From assembly GCA_950097015.1 (NCBI GenBank), contig CATNEN010000033.1:4030001-4094000 (forward strand): 64,000 nt of DNA. Reading direction: 5' to 3'. Positions 60,493 to 64,000 of the stretch are shown piece by piece (position 1 is the stretch's first letter; the number at the start of each line of letters is the position of its first letter). The position numbers and the translations under genes are program-made. The notes beneath the pieces are model-generated. The model was given only the letters and a program-made list of their open reading frames with translations, did not search any database and was not told where the DNA came from. This stretch comes from Macrostomum hystrix. Lineage: Eukaryota > Animalia > Platyhelminthes.

Positions 60493-62169
60493 ACAAGTTA
60501 GTGTCCACATAAAAGGTTAATTCGTTGTTTGGTTAATTAAAAATGTCTTTGTTTTTACGTTTGAAAAGTGTACTTAGTACAACAAGTAATAGAGAAAAAT
60601 GTTAAGTAATTATCTTACTCAAAAAGTGGTTGATTATTTTCAAATTTTTTAAAATAATAAAAGTACAAATATATTTATTTGTTCTAGGTCTGATTCTTAG
60701 ACTTTTTGTCGTTGCTGAAGCTATCTGTAATGAGTGAACTTATGACCAGCAATTACATGAGCTGAATGAATCATTACCCACATCGTAGTGGTATTTTTAG
60801 GAAAAGTTTCTTTTTGACTACTTCCTGAGCATATCTACTTTAAACGGTGCTTTTATAGTAACACATTGTATAACCGATTCTAATGTACAAAGCAAAATTA
60901 AAGACACTAGCTAAATGACTCGTATTTATCTTCAGTCTGTCGCCAATGTGTCGGCTAAATTTTGATTAGAAAACTAGAAAGTGTTACAGGTCAAAATAAA
61001 GTAGGCAAAAACATGTAAAAAGTTAAGGTATTAGTTTTGAAATTTTCTATTAGAGTTCATGCGACCCTAAAACCTAGAACTAAAAAGGCTGACCCTGCTA
61101 ATTTCAAAGGAAATCTTCAAATGTGAAAACGCAAAATGCAATATTACCCGTTGATCGAACATACCCTATCTGCAATACACGTGAAAAAAGAAAGTCGAGT
61201 ATAAACATTGATTGTGTCATTGATTTACCAATCAACAATGCAACGGAAGCCAGGCACGAAGTATTAAGACTTATTATGTTATATTAATATATTTATACCC
61301 ATATAAATCTGCACTGTAGCAACTTATTGCACTATTGCAACTCAAAACAATAAGGAACAAATTTCTTTTTTTTGCAAGCCTAAAATCACAACCTGTGGAT
61401 TACTAATAAGATGTATTTAAAAAAGGATAAGACAGTCAGTTTACAGTTGCACACGGATGTGCGTACCCAATTTGAAGAAATGGAGGCAGGTTAAGTAACG
61501 AGCAAAAAAGAACAAATCGGCTAACGTTGTTATTGAATAACAATCATAACGCGAGGGTTATAGCTATATTACTAAGAACACGCACACGTGCAAGTATAGT
61601 GTAGCTGCTTTAGTTTCAATACATTTCCACGGGCATCGTAAAGGATAATGTTTAAACTCAAAGTATTAAACAAATTTACAGACTGAAAGTCACCCTACAC
61701 GTTGGTGGCAGGTTTGGTGATATGAATTATTAGACAACGGCCAGGATGTTTTTTATTGACAGCAACATTACACAATATAAGGGTGCGCGGACAAGCGAAA
61801 CTGGTAACCACAAGAAAATGAACAGCAAATTTTGGATGGACTGCTTCAGTGGATTCTGGGCAATCGAAAGAATGCGTCTTTAGGACTTAGGACAGCACAG
61901 AAATGCAAAACAAACATCTTCTAGTAGAAGTCCAAAGCGAAATGTTAGAGACAAAAAAGAATGATTGGAAAACAGAAACGAAAACAAGAAACGAAATTGA
62001 CAAATGTTAGGTCGCACCGGCTCAGATATCTGAGCAGTTGTAGGCAGTTTTTTATTACCAACAATGAGTCAATGCGGTTAGTCGAAACACTCCTCTAGTG
62101 AAAATCAAGAGCTTGTGTTATGGATATATCCCCTCACATGCACAACCAAACCTACTGCAGAGTCAAGCC

Positions 62170-63994
62170 TCAGAGCTGGCCGGAGTCACGCAGGAACTGC
62201 TCATAGTCAGCGTACATGTCGTCTGTCATGCTCTGCGATGTGTTCGAGACGCTGGCCACGGCGGCGAAGCCGGGCGGTGGCCGGCCCCAGCCGGAGGCGC
62301 GCAGCTCCAACAGCCGGATGATGTCGGTGGCCAGGCCGACGTCGCCGACGCGGCAGTGGGCGACAGCCTGGCGCAGTCGTTCGTAGACCTCCTCCAGCTG
62401 CTGGGCGGGCGTCGCTGAAGCGTCCTCGCCGCCGTTGATAGCGGCGCCGGCGGCTGCGGGTGACGAGCAATCGGCGTCCAGGAGCTCGCCGACATTGAGC
62501 AGGGCCGAGTGGACGGCGCGAAAAGCGGCCGGACAGCCGGACAGGCCGACGAGCTGGCAGAGTAGCTGCACAGCGGCCTTGGTTGGAGATTGGTTTAAAA
62601 TCGAATATCATAATTCAAGTTTTGGTACAAAGCATGCTGATTCAATCAGTTCTATAAATTCTCACTCTGCAAACTGCCGGCTGCCGGCTGCCGGCCGGAG
62701 AGCTGGGATTAGGCAGGCAGGTATAGAGCAGGCAGAACAGCAGCGCATAGTTCGCCTGCTCCTCTGTGGCTGATTTCTGCGCTGCCAACTGCCGACGAAG
62801 TCTATCGTTCTCCGTTGAGCAGTGTCGCATGAGGGCAGTGAAGACCGGATAGTGGACGGATAGCGAGTTACCTTGATCCACCAGGTTCGGACTCTCCTGT
62901 TATTCAGTTGGCGATTTTTTAGTGTTTTATAAAAAAATACCTCTTAGCTATAAGCGCTATCTGTAACACCTATCGGGTCACCTGACCTTTCATTCGTCAG
63001 ATAAACTCGAATAATCTCAGATTTTATTTTCTTCGGTCACCTAGTCTCTGATTCCTTCGGTCACCTGGTCTCTGATTCCTTCGGTCACCTGGTCTCTGAT
63101 TCCTTCGGTCACCTAGTCTCTGATTCCTTCGGTCACCTGGTCTCTGATTCCTTCGGTCATCTGGTCTCTGATTCCTTAGGTCACCTGGTCTCTGACTCCT
63201 TCGGTCACCTGGTCTCTGATTCCTTCGGTCACCTGGTCTCTGACTCCTTCGGTCACCTGGTCTCTGACTCCTTCGGTCACCTGGTCTCTGATTCCTTCGG
63301 TCACCTGGTCTCTGACTCCTTCGGTCACCTGGTCTCTGACTCCTTCGGTCACCTGGTCTCTGATTCCTTCGGTCACCTGGTCTATGATTCCTTCGGTCAC
63401 CTGGTCTATGATTCCTTCGGTCACCTGGTCTCTGATTCCTTCGGTCACCTGGTCTCTGATTGCCCCATTTCAAGCAACTAATCTCACCTTCTCCGACACC
63501 TTGAAGCTAAGGGCCAGGTGAGCCAACAGGCCGGCGGCCGGCTCGCAAAGGACCAGTTCGGCGGACCCCAGTTGAATTAGCGATCGAACCAGTTGGTCCA
63601 AATCGTCGCGAGTTCGCGCCCACCTGCGCAGCGTGGCGAGACCGGACCCCATGCTGGACTGGGCCTGCTCCCTGTCTAGGGCGGACCGCAGATTTCCAAG
63701 CAGCTGCGAAGCCATCTGAGCCGCGGCACTGTCCCCGGACGGTGTAGCCGACGTTGACGACGATGCAGACGGCGCAGAGGGAGTGGGAACGAAGTCGGCT
63801 ACATTGACATTCCACTCGTGGGCGGCTACGTCGGGCATGACGCTGGCGGAGCCGCCGGCGCCAAGAATGGGCCGGCCAACGCTAGATTGCGACTCCTTTG
63901 CCGCGGCGTTGGCGTCGCTAAGGAAATGTCTACCATGCTGCTGCTGCTGCTGTTCCTGACTGCCTGTGGTGACCTGCTTTTGCTGCTCACTCAT
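62170..63994 (-). CDS. PAIP1: Poly(A)-binding protein-interacting protein 1-like (PAM2, MIF4G, acidic C-terminus), ~381 aa, 3 exons
   Basis: Exons 63994-63488, 62896-62666 and 62577-62170 (all phase 0). PAM2-like WNVNVADFVP, helical MIF4G-like middle, IIRLLELRASGWGR, and terminal MTDDMYADYEQFLRDS. The start is 6 nt from the window edge and may lie further upstream. Confidence 0.78.
63030..63462. repeat. 24-bp array (ttcggtcacctggtctctgattcc)n in PAIP1 intron 1
   Basis: About 18 copies; explains ORFs 63024..63473 and 63176..63448. Confidence 0.95.
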
Positions 63995-64000
63995 GACTCT

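Noticed and set aside
63024-63473. RRNQRPGD and VTEGIRDQ ORFs
   Set aside because: 24-bp array in a PAIP1 intron.
1-64000. CRISPR-like repeat arrays
   Set aside because: All arrays are head-to-tail with no unique spacers, there are no cas genes, and the context is eukaryotic.

Overview
Eukaryotic, intron-containing animal genomic DNA. The GC-rich exons, minisatellite-filled introns and a double alpha-crystallin sHSP suggest a flatworm such as Macrostomum; this is an inference and was not checked against a database. I reconstructed 12 protein-coding genes by hand from GT-AG junctions and reading-frame continuity. Plus strand: last exon of ATR, an intronless secreted PAN/C-type-lectin protein, a compact lipin, and a two-domain small heat-shock protein with an upstream HSE. 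Minus strand: ERI3, an orphan acidic-repeat/KH-like gene, EXOC3/Sec6, a TR2/TR4-class nuclear receptor, TDP-43, UBL5/Hub1, sedoheptulokinase and PAIP1. Mobile DNA comprises a defective Tc1/IS630-type transposon with 125-bp TIRs and TA duplication, a LINE RNase H remnant, and a 334-bp MITE-like element. About 25 distinct tandem arrays fill introns and intergenic spaces, and most long ORFs in the track are artefacts of them. No rRNA, tRNA or CRISPR array was seen. Best leads: a possible SL-trans-spliced SHPK-UBL5 operon, a 3'UTR intron in TDP-43, a register-locked 10-bp intronic array full of copies of its own splice donor, and the orphan KH-like gene.
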